This document shows positions 50,361 to 63,882 of a DNA stretch of 64,000 nt, piece after piece (the stretch's first letter is position 1; each line of letters starts with the position of its first letter). The translations under genes and the position numbers were made by a program. Under the pieces are notes generated by a model that saw only the letters and a program-made list of their open reading frames with translations, did no database searches and was not told where the DNA came from. Location: NCBI GenBank assembly GCA_976551045.1, contig CDPCPM010000241.1:620001-684000 (forward strand). The letters are read 5' to 3'. This DNA comes from Glaucostegus cemiculus (lineage: Eukaryota).

Positions 50361-52329
50361 AATATGTTGAGGATCAATCATTATATAAATTTGCTAAAAA
50401 AAACATTGATTGAGAGAGTTAGCAGGAAATTGCCACTTTGAGAAAGAATGGCAAGCAGTTTCTTCAAAAGTGCCAGAGGCACTAATTTGAGCTCCTAGCA
50501 AAACAGTGTGCTACCAGGAGAGGCTGCATTGCTGCACATTCCTCATATAGTAAACCATTTGCTCCATGGTTGATTCAAGTGTTGCACTGAGACCAGAGTG
50601 ATGGAGCTGATCTCCCTCATGCTTTGTGTCAAGTTATAGAGGTTCATTGGTAAGCAACCCTGTGTATCTAAATGGCACCGATGTTTACATTATGAAGCTA
50701 TCAATTTTATTTGACAATATGCTTCAACGTGGCTGTCATCTGTGGTAAATTTTCCCTCCAACAGGTGTTTCCTAGATCATCTATAATCTCTGGCCTTCAG
50801 GTGCACTGGTATTGGGTGCAACTTTGTGTTGACCCATCTAGCATAAACTCTGAATGGTGCATGGTCCCAGTGGCCCTGCTGGTTAATGCAAGAGTATGAC
50901 TGAATAATTCTGACCCACTCTCCTTTTGCCCAGTCTGGGTGCTGTGCAGATTTTAAACCTGAACTAGAAGAACTGCAGGTGACAAGGAACCCAGAGACTG
51001 AACGAGGTTGCTGAATGCAGATGAATTTGGTTTTGTGAAAACCTTTGTATCTTTCAATCATGTGCTACATTTTGTGAGACTTTTTTTAGATTGAACCTAT
51101 TGCATGCACACAATAAATAATCTAATGAACTACTACTGTCTACCACATCTGAAACTCAACCAATACATACCAATTGAGAAGCTATACCCATATACTTTTT
51201 GCCTTATAAAAATGCCCAGAAACTGGACTTCAAAAGTTTTACAATAAAATTTACATGTTATGATGTATGGACATTAGTATCCTTCATTGTTTCCTCACTA
51301 TTTATTGATTTTTAAATGTCTGTTGATGTTCCCTGTGGATTGTTTAAGATACTTGCTGCCAACTCTATGCCCTGCAACTTTCTAGGCCATGCTATAATAA
51401 ATTGCATTGTATTGTACTCTGTGTCAAATAGCTTTCTACTTCTGTTACTCTGTAAATCTCCAAGATTAATGAGCTTGGCCTGTGACTGTTTTGCCTCCCT
51501 AATTTGATTTATGAGGAACAGCAGTTCAGGGTGGAAATTTGTCACATTACTATCAGCTCTGCTTCAGTACTTTTGATGAAAGCAACAGCTGAATGAAATT
51601 CTTAAGGTGCTTAAAAAGAACTGTTTGAGCAAACTGTATAATTTATAAATTATGGGATGGCAGCAATTTTCAATTAAGCTGGTATATATTAACCCAAATA
51701 AAAAACAAACAAAGGTGTCAGAAATTCAGAAAAAGTTGATACCAAGATCAAAATCGTAAGAGAAGCACATTCCAAAACAGTTATTTGTATGGCCAAGACA
51801 GCAATGTGTTTCATTGTATTTTCATATTTATATACAGCAACTTATTCTACAAGATGCATAAAAAGGAAGGTGGCAATCAGGCAGGTGACATTACCTGTTT
51901 CATCCCCTCAGAACAGAGTGAATTTCCTGTATTGGACAATCCATCACTAGCACTAGTACCCTTCCAGACCTAATCAGAGGATGAAAATAATTACTCAGGA
52001 GGAAAAGCTGAAACCACAGCACTCAGATGAACAGGTCACTCAATGTTACTCAAATGTACAAATTTTAATAAAATTCCATTTCTTCTTATTGATTTTGCAT
52101 CCCTCTTCGGGGTGCAGAATTGCCATCTCAGTCTTGACCTCCACAGCTTTCAATGCATCTTTTTTGCCCTTTGTAGTATACATTAGTATGTGTACCTTGA
52201 GAAATGAGCATATCATCTATCTGATAGCATGTTGTACCAGACACGGCCCTTTATTTGAGAGTTACTGATTTACCATTCTATCTCTGTTTATTTGGTTACA
52301 CAAACAGCAACAAAGAGAAATGTTAAGAC

Positions 52330-52545
52330 TCTACCGCCATGCAATGAGCCATCTAGATTCTAAACTCTGAAATTCCCTTGCTAAATCTCTCAGCTTTTTA
52401 CTAATCCTTCCTTAAAGGCAACTTCTGTCCACAGCCTCATGTCTATTCTGCCTAACATTTCCTCCTTTGGCCTAGCATCGGATCTTTTCTGAATATGCTT
52501 CAGAGATATTTTGGAACGTTCTTCTATAGGTTAAAGTTGCCATTC
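52330..52545 (+). mobile_element. L2-like 3' remnant
   Basis: taaactctgaaattcccttgctaaatctctc...ccttaaag...ttggaacgttcttcta. Confidence 0.5.
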
Positions 52546-53354
52546 TAACAGAACTTTCAAGCACCATTCTGCACCAGGAGAAGAATAATATGTTAGTTGT
52601 TACATTTGAAGTGATTTTTGCCCAGCCGATATATTAGCTAGGCAGTGTGTTGAACGGTCTCCTTTTACAAAAGAGTTGGATAAACACCCATTTGACATAG
52701 AATTAGTGGTTCTAGGCTCAGGTGCAGGCATAGATGACCAAATAATTGAGTACTTCAGAAGCGGAATGACTTTCAAGGGCTGCAGGCTGTACCAGTCAAC
52801 ATGTAGGAACAGATGTATATTCTAGAGTGTAGTTTGATTACCCTGGGGAGTTGCTGCAAGTACTGATGCAGAGCAGTTCTACATCTTCTGAAAGAAAGGG
52901 TTTGTTGGATTAAATGACTTCTTGTCACTTTTTTTTTATGTGTGGCCATATGACAGCCAGCCTGGTGCACAATAATGTCTCAGTTCTGCACAGAAATTGT
53001 TTTAACCGAACTGGGTGGCAATCAGACTTTTCCTCTCAGTGTTTAGAATTACCATCATCACCAGTGGAAAATAGGGAAATGCTAAGTCCTGCTCGGCCCA
53101 CCTTCCTGCCAGCACTTGCAGTTCGGATGTCCGGAAGGGTAGCTGAAGGAGTTAAGGCATGAAAGTGGTGGTAGATCTTACTGTTGAACTTTCTCATTGT
53201 TTCTGCCACTGCACTGTCCTATATGGAGGTGCATAGTGGGGGAAATTAAAGGCTATCTTCATCACTTCAAAAAAGAAAATCCAAAAAAGACATTCATCAG
53301 GCATAGCCACATTTTCTGTATGTCAAATAGGGAAATAAAGAGAGAGAGAGTGTG

Positions 53355-53822
53355 CAAGAATTTGCTGTAATTTAGCACCTTATAACATTTTCTTGGACAC
53401 GCTCTGAAATACATCATAACCAATTAAAACAATTTGAAGTGCATTTACTATACACAGGTAAATCCAGTACCTGCACACGCACAATGCAATTCCACAGGCA
53501 ATGCTTAAGGGACTTTAAGTTTAAGTTTAAGTTTTATTTACAGTGTGGTAACGGGCCCTTTCGGCCCAATGAGTCCACGCCGCCCTTTTTAAACCCCCAA
53601 ATTAACCTACCCAGAGGAAACCCACGCAGACACTGGAGAACGTACAAACTCCTTACAGTCAGCGACGGGAATCGAACCCTGATCGCTGGCGCTGTAACAG
53701 CGTCGTGCTAACCGCTACGTTATTGTGCTGCCCCTATCAAGTAAACTAATTTTTATGACAGTTGTAAGTTTTAAGGGAGATGCTTGCCAAGGCATCTGCA
53801 AAAACACCCTGTTTTCCCTCAG
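53355..53822 (-). mobile_element. Old Deu-domain SINE split by a V-SINE
   Basis: tttagcaccttataac...ccaattaaaacaatttgaagtg...ttccacaggcaatg, resuming with taagggagatgcttgccaaggcatc. Confidence 0.5.
53513..53733 (-). mobile_element. Young V-SINE with an internal deletion
   Basis: Same family as 41152-41407 but lacks part of the V-core (ctaccc|agaggaaaccc); (tttaag)n tail. Confidence 0.93.
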
Positions 53823-55834
53823 ATTCTATCTCATTAAAATGATGTCTCCTCTGATAACGGAACATTTGCTCTATTACACCAGTATATCGACTGAGAATAT
53901 ATGTTCAGATTGTGGAATAAGTTTAAACTCACAATCTTCTTATCAAGAGACAAAACTCTTAGCAAATGAGCGATGGGAGATTTTTAGATGAGGAGCTTGT
54001 GCAACACAACATCCTGGTTCTGTAAAATATTTTCTTCAGATATGCTTATTTTTAGGGAGTCAGTCAAATATTTGCCTGAATCTGTCTTGATTTTTTTTTG
54101 GATAGAACCTTGGCAGCATTGAGAACTGAAAGCTGAATTTGTTGGTGTCTCTCCACTCTTGGCACAGTTTATCCCAATAGCGTCAGCTTGAAGAGTAATT
54201 TACGACCAACATATGTGCGCTTTCTGAAATAACTGGAAACATTTAATTGGATCCACATATCAACTAATAGGAATAACTGCTACTTTTCATGAGCTTCAGG
54301 AACCAAACTGTAAACTCTTCAAGGAGTGTGATGATGATGATTTTGGAAAGAAAATCCAAAAAATACTGCAGATGCTGAAGTTAACATTTCAGGTCAAAGA
54401 CACAGAACTGATCTATTTTCGAAAGATGAGGACAATGGTAGAAGGTCTGGAGGAGTGTAGAGTAGGTTTCAAAGCAGCCTAGACTCTTCTATTACCCTGG
54501 TCTTTGCAAGTCCTTGGAAGCCATGTGTGCCGTCTGTTAATCCTGATACAAACTAAACATAGTCACTACCATACTGAGAACTTCAGAGAAGCTCTAAATT
54601 CAAAGAGGGATCTGAGTTTCCCAGCCAAAGCTCTAGTATTTGTTTATTCAAAAAGTGCAACTAATGGCAAACAAGCATAACTCCTGACATCAGCAACTTT
54701 CTTTGAGACTCATCTTTGTTGTGGGTCTTGCAAATTGCCATTGGGTCTGAAGTTAAAGGTGCAGGAATGGAATCTGGTATACAGTTTCATGGCAATGTGA
54801 ATCTTGTATCTCCATTTTGCACAGGAGCTGGGCAGAGGCAAGGGCAATGCAGAGACAGACATTAACTGACAGATGGCAAGTGCTTAACCTGCCAGCAGCA
54901 GATCTCCCTAGTAAAAAAATCTGGCATCCGGGTAATGAAGCCCATCAGAAATACATTCACATGACTGAAGCCAGTGAGCGGTGCACGGAAGAGATAATTT
55001 TACAGTTATAACCAATTGCATTTTAAATGTGCCAAAGGTCTGCATGAAGCCTTCAGAAATGACCATAAAGACAATCCCAGTTCAATCCTTAAGTGATCAA
55101 GGACGAATGAGTTTGAAAGAAACCATGCAGGAGCCCCTGGACCCCCGCGGGTGAACCTTGCTCACAGCCTTTCTTCTACTCACTGACTGAAACCATCTTT
55201 TCCTTTTAACCCCAAGAAGCTTTTTGATATGAAGCATCAATAGCTGGACATGTGATCCAGATGCCTTACAGTTTGAAATCCTACAGTAATCCCACAGGAC
55301 AATTGAACCTACTTGACCCCAGTCAGGGTCCCTTATTGTCAAACCTGAATTGCAAATGAGGCTAACTGGTGAAACATTATATAAAAAAGTTAGTTGAATG
55401 GTCTGGAAGGGAGCTATTGTCTTGGCTGGATGAGTAGGGAACCTGCAACAAAAGCAAAGGCATTTCACAGTAATTACTGCCAACTTTCTCACCATTATGT
55501 GTGAAGCTAGACAGAATGGTTAATAAGACTAATTAGGGTTTATCAGATGCAAGATAATAAGCTTCAGCTAATAAAACCCTTTGGTCTGTCCATTTTCTGG
55601 GAGCTTTCTATTGACATTTGCTAAAAAGACCAGCAGGAGGAAAGTGATTAGAATTACCAGCAACCCTTGCACTGCTGGTTGCTGCTAATGCAATGTCTTT
55701 AAGTGAACAAGTGACCTTTGTTGACCCTAAAAGAAAATAATTAAATATTCTTACAGTCTGAACATTCCAGACTCAGAATGTTTGAAGCGGTGACTTCTGG
55801 ATGAATACGTCCTCCTAAAGCGTACAGTGTTGTG

Positions 55835-56140
55835 AGGTGACAAGTGCTACAGCAGGTAGTGCAGCTTCCTCACGAGCTCCTGTAACCTGGGTTTGTTTCT
55901 GATCTCTGGTGTTGTCTGCACGAACTTGTTCTCTGGATGACATTTCCCCTGGGTGCTCTTGCTTCCTCTCACATCCTAAATGTGTGCTGTCGGTAAGTTA
56001 ATTAGCCACTGTAAATTGGCTCCGGTGTAGATGGGTGGTAGGAGAAGCAGGGGTAGTTGATGCGCATGTGAAAGAATAGGTTACAGAGAAATAAGTGGGT
56101 GAATGGGATTGATGAGACTGCTCTGAAAGGCCACCTGCAT
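55835..56140 (+). mobile_element. Diverged V-SINE
   Basis: ctgggtgctcttgcttcctctcacatcctaaa...taagttaattagccactgtaaattg. Confidence 0.75.
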
Positions 56141-56153
56141 TGCATGGGAAATG

Positions 56154-57262
56154 TGCACTTTTTATCTGTGTGCATACAAGGCAATCTCTCTATATTGGCA
56201 ATACAAACGTCTTAAAAATCAAAATTAAATGGTACTCTTCCTACACAAATTTCATGTCATATGTCAGTGATAGTAAATCTGATTCTGATTCTGAGAGGTA
56301 AATAAATTTGTGGCCATCCTAATTACTTCCTCAAATAGAGTGCTATTGAAAAATGCCAAAATTCCTAGGGGAGAAGTGGGAAGAAATCATTTTATTTTAT
56401 GAAGCTAGTTGTAATCTACAATTCACTGCCTTAAAAGTGAAAGAGTGGCAAAGAACAAATTTCAGAATCAGCATCAGATTTATTATCACTGACATATGGT
56501 GTGAAATTTGTTGTTATGTGGCTGCAGTACAAGACATAAAGTTACCATAAGTTACAAAAATAAATATATAGTGCAAAAAAGGAATAATGAGGCAGTGTTA
56601 ATGGGTTCATGGACCATTCAGAAATCCAATTTTGAAGGAATATTGAATAAGGAATATTGAAAATATATATGTAAAGGGAAAATGCTACAAAGCTATTGGG
56701 AAAGATTTAGGGACTGGCACTAACTAGTTTGCTCTTTCATGCAGTTGGTCTAGCTTGAATAGAGCATTGAGTCTCAAAGAGAAGAGAAAGCAAATTTCCA
56801 AAGCAGTGGCAAATGGGGGCAAGGACTGTGAGCACAGCTGGCAACTGGCACATCAAAGAAAGCTGAGACCCAATCAACGTTGGGAGAATCACAAAAGAAG
56901 GAAAATAAAAAAATGTGTAACATGCATGCTTTACAATTTAAATAAAAGCAAGTCTGGACATTGCAGCAGTGTAGAGCCAAATCAGGAAGTAAATGTGTGA
57001 AAAACAGAAAGTGTATGTTAGATGTTAAACATTTAAACTGCAAGATGACATGGAGAGCATATACAGTATCTCTATAAATATGAGCAAGCAGATGGTCATG
57101 ATTTACTATACATTATAATGAAGCCGAAAATTAATCACATATAAAATAATGATGCAATTTGCACTTTTTATCTTTGTATATACAAGGCAATCTCTCTCTA
57201 TTGCCAACGTATGTCTTAAAAATCAAAATTAAAATGGTACTCTTCCTGCACAATAGAGGTAA
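56154..57262 (+). repeat. About 100-bp direct repeat pair 1 kb apart (56154-56301 and 57160-57262)
   Basis: tgcactttttatct...tacaaggcaatctctct...gtcttaaaaatcaaaattaaa...tggtactcttcct.cacaa...agaggtaa is present in both. Confidence 0.9.
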
Positions 57263-58474
57263 TTTGGACAAGAAATTATGACAATTCAAAGACATAAATA
57301 TGGGTGATGAACAATATTATTTGAAATTCTTGGCAAGTGTGATGTAAACAGAGTCATTCAGGGGTTGTGAAAGGGAGTTGGATAAGTATGAGGGAGTTGG
57401 ATAAGTACGAGCAAAGACCACATTCTATTCTGTGATTCTGTTTGAAAATTGACCCTCACTTCTGACATGGCTCTGCTTTATTCAGCATCATATTTTAGCA
57501 CAACTTTTTCTCCTTTTAACCTCCTCAGAAAATATTTTCTGTTTAATGTCCAGTCCAGAAGTAATTATGTTGAAATGTAATGAAAAATGCAGCAGTTTAC
57601 AACATTTCTCTCTCCAGGTTAAATGAATAATAACTATTTTGTTTTCCCATCAAAGCTTCCTCTTGCAGTCAATACACAGATGGTGGCCGAAGATGTATGA
57701 TCTCTTAATTCAGGTCTTGCTAATGCATTTGCCACTTGACAAAAATTCCATTCAAGCTGAGGTAAAATAGCTAACTTCTTTCTTCCACTTCAGTTCATGA
57801 AGTCTGCTTGGTTTTGTCATAACAAGTCTGTTCTCTGCATTTTCAACTGCCAAAAGATCTTTTTTCATTCTGACTGCTTGAATAAACATCTCCACATTCT
57901 CACAAGACACAAAATGCATCAGCTTCTGGAGGTTAAAATGTCTTGACTGAATGTGACTCCTCTAGTGTTGCTCTGCGTTGAATCAGTGTTACAAACAATG
58001 TCCAAATATTTATTCTATGTGGAGAAAAAATGGCTGTAATTGATTCCTGCCTCAAGGAGTGGTACACCAAAGTACAGGCAAACAAGTAGCCATTGTAGTA
58101 TGTTGACTAATCATTGGTATCCTTTTAGCTAACAGATAGATAGCTAACAGTACAAAGACTATGCAAATAAAAATGTGACTACTAACACGTGAACTCCAGA
58201 ATTTGTGGAAAAATTGTAAAAAAACACATGTTTAACAGTGGAAGTTATTTAAATATCGAAGTATTTTTGCTGTTGCAGTATAAAATGCAGCAAATAATTC
58301 CTCTATTCTGCATATCATGAACATGTCATATGGATTTCCTTGCCTCCCTTTAGCTCAGCAATGGTGGCAACACCTTTACTCTGAAGCTGCCTCACCAGAG
58401 CCCTTAGGCTCTTTTTGACTGCCTTTAACAACCTTACATATAATCCATTTTATCAATCAAACACTCAAGTACTA

Positions 58475-59395
58475 CATAAAACACAGAGCAATATAGGACA
58501 GGAACTGACCCTTCGGCTGACGATGTCTGTGCTGACCATGATGCTAAATTAGATTAAACCTTGCTGCCTGCACGTGATCCATACCACAACTCCCCCCCCC
58601 CCCCCAATTCCCTGCACGTGAATGGATCACATGCAGGCAGAAAGGTTTAATTTAATTTGGCATCATGGTGCCTGTCTAAATGCGTCTTAAATGCCATTAT
58701 GTGTCTTCTCCCACCACCACCCTGAGCAGCGCATTCCAGGCACTTATCACTCTTTGTGTGAAAAAAAATCTTACCCTGCACACCCCCTTTAAACTTCTAT
58801 CAGGACCCCCCTCAGCCTCTGAAGCTCCAGCGAAAACAATCCAAGTCTGTCCAACCCCTCCTTATAGCTAATATTTACTAATCCAGACAGCTTCCTGGTG
58901 AACCTCTTCTGCACCCTGTCCAAAGACTCAACATCCTTTCTAGGGGGACCAGAAATGCACACAATACTCCAAATGTGGCCTAACCGAACTTTTACACAGC
59001 TACAATATGACTTGCTAATTTATATACTCGGCGCTCTGACTGATAAAGGCAAGCATGCTGTTTGCCTTCTTTGCCTCCCTATTCACTTGTGTTGCCACTT
59101 TTAGGGAACTGTAGATGTGCACCCCAAGATCCCTCTGTACATCAATGTTCCTAAGGGTCCTGTATAATTTCCCCTTACATTTGCCCTCCCAAAGTGCAAC
59201 ATCTCACACTTGTCCAGATTAAACTCCATCTGCCATTTCCCCGCTCATTTCTGCAGCCTATCTATATCCTGCTGCATCTTTTGACAACCTTATCCACCAC
59301 TCTCACTATTCACAACTTCACCAATTTTTGTGTCACCCACAAATGTATGAATCAGCCCACCTACATTTTCATCCATGTCATTTATGTATATCATT
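58475..59395 (-). mobile_element. Decayed CR1 3' portion with an internal inverted repeat
   Basis: tggtgaacctcttctgcaccctgtccaaag, acaatactccaaatgtggcctaac and ttaaactccatctgcca are reverse-complement CR1 ORF2 sequence. Confidence 0.88.
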
Positions 59396-59499
59396 TATTT
59401 ACTTCATTGTGAATCAAACTTGATCCAGGTAGTATTTTCCTCTGTAAAACTCCTTTTGATATGCTGTAAGGTGATACATAATTGCAAATTGTGATGATC

Positions 59500-59830
59500 T
59501 TATTTTTTCACTTGTTCACAAAATGTGGACATGATGGTATTTATTGCCTTGAACTGAGAAGAGCTTAAGAGTCAACCACACTGGTGGGTCTAGAATCAAC
59601 AATAGGACAGCCTTGGTGAGAATGGCAGATGTCCTTCCCACAAGGATGATGGTGAACCAGCTGGGGTTAATGATATTTCAGTAGTTGGTGCTTACCATTA
59701 CCAAAACCAGTAATTTTATTTTAATTCCAGAATTCTTTAGTTGCTTGGATTTTAATTCCCCTGTTGCCATGGTGAGATTTGAACTCACATGTCTGGATCA
59801 ATGGTCCAGAACTCTGGCTGCTAAAATATA
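59500..59830 (-). mobile_element. Old tRNA-derived SINE
   Basis: ttaagagtcaaccaca...ctgttgccatggtgagatttgaactc; related to 20690-21058. Confidence 0.65.
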
Positions 59831-62800
59831 AACTCAACTGCACCCTCATCAAATGATCTCATTTTTGGCTTAATCCCATGGGCTATGTCTAATTGTGGCA
59901 TTTGGATGCAGAATAATTGTATTACAGTCTCAGATAGGCACATAGCATTTTTTGGGTGCTTTTGTGCATGTGAGTCATTTATTATATTATCCAACCTTAC
60001 CAGCATTCTTAATGTGTAAAATTATAAGTAAAATGTTTGGCTGCAAATTATTTGGATATGCAGATGATTGTGTCCAGCAGAAACCTATGGAATCAAATTC
60101 GCTTCCAGTTTTACATCTTGTGTGAAGTTACTTTCTATTCCTGGATTTGAAACAGCAGCAAAAGTTGAGTTATGAGAAAAAAACTAGAACAACTGGAGTA
60201 CTCTAGCTGTGAAAGGAGACACTTGAAAGGCCACCTTGCAGAAAGATAAGGGATAAAAGGGTGGCAAGGTTAATCCTAAAGACTACCTCAAGGTATGCGA
60301 GGAAACTACAACACAGAGTTACAGATTAAAGTTGCTGAAAGGAAAAAGAAATTACAGCAGATGTCAAGAAGGAATTCCTTATTCAGTACAAAAATATCTG
60401 AAAATAGTATTGTAGAGACAAAAACATTAGGAACATTCAAAAAATTAGTGAGTTGATGTGATAATTTGATCCAAAGTATTCACAGCACTTTAGGTATAGC
60501 TGAGAGAAGGCCTTCAATAAGGCAAAATAGTTTTTCTCCTGAATGTTCCAAATTATACATTCTAGCACTCGATGCATTTTCCCAGTTGCTAGGCCTTATT
60601 GGTTATTGGCCTTTCATGGTTCATGACCAACAAAATATAAACATTTTGCACTTGGTAACAATGCACACTGCACAGTTTAAAGGTGCTTAAACTAGCTCTG
60701 AGAAATTAGAGCAGTTGAATCTGTATTAATTATGTGTTTCTCAGAAAAAGTACAGAAACAAGAACATTAAAGAGGTGGCTAACTTACAGAAGAACAAATT
60801 GAGGAACTCCACCACCACTTGCTTTACTTGACAGAAGCTATATCTGCAGAAAAGCCACTTCATGTGGGGACTGATTAATAGAAGAATTATCCACGTGTTT
60901 GTCAGTGCCTGTTTTCATCCAACTGCACCTGCTTATATCAAACGGCACCTGCTAGATATGCATTTCATTCCCCATTTCAACTGCAATTTATGCATTTTAA
61001 TTGAAGATCCCAAATCCCATACATCTTCAGGTCAACTCCAAACAAGTGGACCATTTCTGTGATGCCCTTTATTAATAAAGACACTGTAGAACAATGGTCC
61101 AAACACAGCTGCCCACAGGGTCTCCCTTCTATTAAATCCCCATATACAGCTGCTCCTATTCACGACTAGTTTCTGCTAAAGTTAGTTGTGCAGTTCATCC
61201 AGATAGCCCACTCCTAGCTACCCTTGCTTCTGAATTCTCTTCAGAATCAGACAAATAATCAACTCCCCAGCCACTCCGAATCGAATGAATAACCAATATG
61301 CCTTAGAATATACCAGATATAAAGCTTCACTTGTACCACAACACAAAGCTGGGAATTTACGTTATTACCAATTCATTATTCAAGTAAGCTCAGCTCAAAA
61401 ATTGCCTGATTTCTTTCACGGATTTTGTTGGAATTTGACTATCATGCAAAGTAGAAAATGGCCTGATTGTAGTTCCAAGAATGAGACTAATCTAGTACAG
61501 AACTGCCACAGGCCGATTAATTTATATTAAAAAGTTGTGATCTAAATATTTAGATATGATTTAATTTGTGCTCTGATCAGGGACCTTTACTAAAAAATTA
61601 TATATTTGGCGCTTAGTATGCAATCTTGCAAATCTGACATATTAACTTATGGGCACTAATTTGGAAAAAAAAACCTTCAAGTCTTTGAAGATCTTTGAAG
61701 CTCAATTGAGTGTGGCATGATTGACCAAAAGAACTGAGGTAGAAATAATACATATTATCCACGTTTTTATAAGCATTTGATTAAAATTCCTGAATGACAT
61801 TTAAAATATCTTAGCAAAGCGATGATGCAATTATAAGGATCTCTCGGCAGTAACAAATTAAAGGAGCAGCAATGAAGATGGAGAGTTCCCTGGCACGAAG
61901 ACTGGCACTTGTAATAACTCCACTAAAAATACAAGGAACATTAGGAATAAACTATAGCAACACACACAAAATGCTGGAGAAACTCAGCAGGTCAGGCAAC
62001 ATCCACAGAGGGAAATGAACAGTCAACAGCAAACGGGATGCTGTAATTAAAGCTGTATGCTGCAAATGTCATAAAAGGGATAGTTTATTAGAAAAGGGAT
62101 AACAGTAGAATAAGAGGTTTTGCCATTGGAAAACTGTATCAAATCTACAGCAGAGAAACAGGCCATTCACCCTAACAGGACCATACCAGGGTGCATAACA
62201 AATTTCCTCCCACTCCATTTGCTTCATCCATCTCATTAACATATCTTCACTTCCTTAAGTACTCATCTAACTTCTAATTAAATGCATCTGTGATACATGC
62301 CTCAAGCAGGATAGTAAAACAGAGGTGGGTTATCCCACATTTTATCATCACTGCCCCGAAATCTGGAGCCTCTTCAGACCTTCTCATGTAAAACTCTTCT
62401 TTTCCTTTAGGAAGAGAACTATTCATCCAGCAAGATCTTAAACAAATCATGTAACACGGTTCATGATTTAATACTCTGTTGTCTCACCAGGAGAATGCCC
62501 CCATAAGAGTACCTATGGTGTGCTTCAACCAGAGATATGAAAAAAAAGGGTGAATTGTTTCCGGGGATTAGTATGGTATAACTGTCTACCTCAGTCTCCC
62601 TGGGCAATGGCAGATAATCAGCACTGATGAAATATGAGTGCACAAGTATTAGAGAACAGACAGACAGGAATGAGTTATTTAATCATTAAACTGTATGTTT
62701 TTATTTTCTTAATTTATTCGTGCGATGTGGAAAAACCAGAAAGACTTGATTTTCTGTCCATTCCTGGTTGCTCTTGAGAAGGTTATAGTGAGCTTTCTTT

Positions 62801-62842
62801 GGAGTGAAGGTTACCTCACATTACTATAACCATATTTGCTTA

Positions 62843-63165
62843 TGACATAGAAGGAGACCATTTTGACTCACTGAGTCTGTGCTGGTACTCAGAGAAATCG
62901 CATTCCCCACTAATTTTCTTCATAACCTTTCCCGCACCATTCACATTAAATATCCCCAGATTTCACTCACTTACACACTAGGGACAATTTACAGTAGCCA
63001 ATTAACATACAAACCTGCATGTCTTTGGGATATGGGAGGAAACTAGAGCATGCAGGGAAACCCACACTGTCACAGGGAGAATGCGCAAACTCCACACAGA
63101 TGGTACGAGAAGTCAGGATTGAACCCGGGCTGCTGGAGGTGTAAGGTGGTTGTATCACTGTGCCA
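62843..63165 (-). mobile_element. V-SINE
   Basis: gggacaatttacagtagccaattaac...gggaggaaactagagca...cagggagaatgcgcaaactccacacag...attgaacccggg. Confidence 0.88.
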
Positions 63166-63882
63166 GTAGGAAGGTCCAAAAATTACCCCTAAGGATGATG
63201 AAATTACAGTGATCTCTGTCCCTGTAAGGAAGGTGTGTTGCTCAGAGCTGATGGTTCTCCCAGGCACCAGCGATCTTTGTCCTTTGAGGTAATAGAGGGC
63301 TGTGCTGTTAAAGAATCCCATAACACACACTGCTGTGGCAATAAGTTGAATTCATCACTCTGTTTTTATTAACCTTAACAAATTCTTCTTATTGTGTTTT
63401 ACACTTCCTCTCTGCCTCTCTTGCAGATCGCTGTTCTCTTCAGGGTAACCATTCCATCCATTTCATCTGCAATGCACCATCTTCTCCATTTGACCATTTT
63501 TACATCTGTTAGCCTTCAATATCTGAGACTAATTTCATGCTCATTGAACATATCTATGCCTAACAGGATTCATTAGCAGGAGAGCAGGGAAGGAAAGAGG
63601 TAGCCACAGGAGTGAGCATTATTTGGAGTGAGTTAATTTCATGTCACATTGATAATATTTTATACGAGATGATCAAATGTTTCCATAGCCCATCAGCCTT
63701 GTGCTTGCTGACCTATTGCTAACTCCCAGTCTGGCAATCCTTCAAACTGAAAATTTTCATTCTTCTTTTCAAATCTTTGTCCTGCTCTATTTCTATAACC
63801 ACCTAGAGGCCTCAGGTCTTCCACAATCCTTGCATTCCTAAATGCACATAATCCATTTTAATCAATCTGTCCCTGTGTTTCC

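Noticed and set aside
52040-52200. Exon-like segment after an AG acceptor on minus (THTNVYYKGQKRCIESCGGQD*)
   Set aside because: Unrecognised peptide with no supporting exons.
55097-55495. 132-aa minus ORF with kringle-like WDYCRISNC and a good acceptor at about 55443
   Set aside because: Lacks the CRNPD and PWC kringle motifs; cannot be supported without a search.
57372-57411. 19-bp tandem duplication (also 21-bp at 35058 and 46030) as a CRISPR-like array
   Set aside because: Head-to-tail duplications without spacers in a vertebrate context; ordinary slippage.
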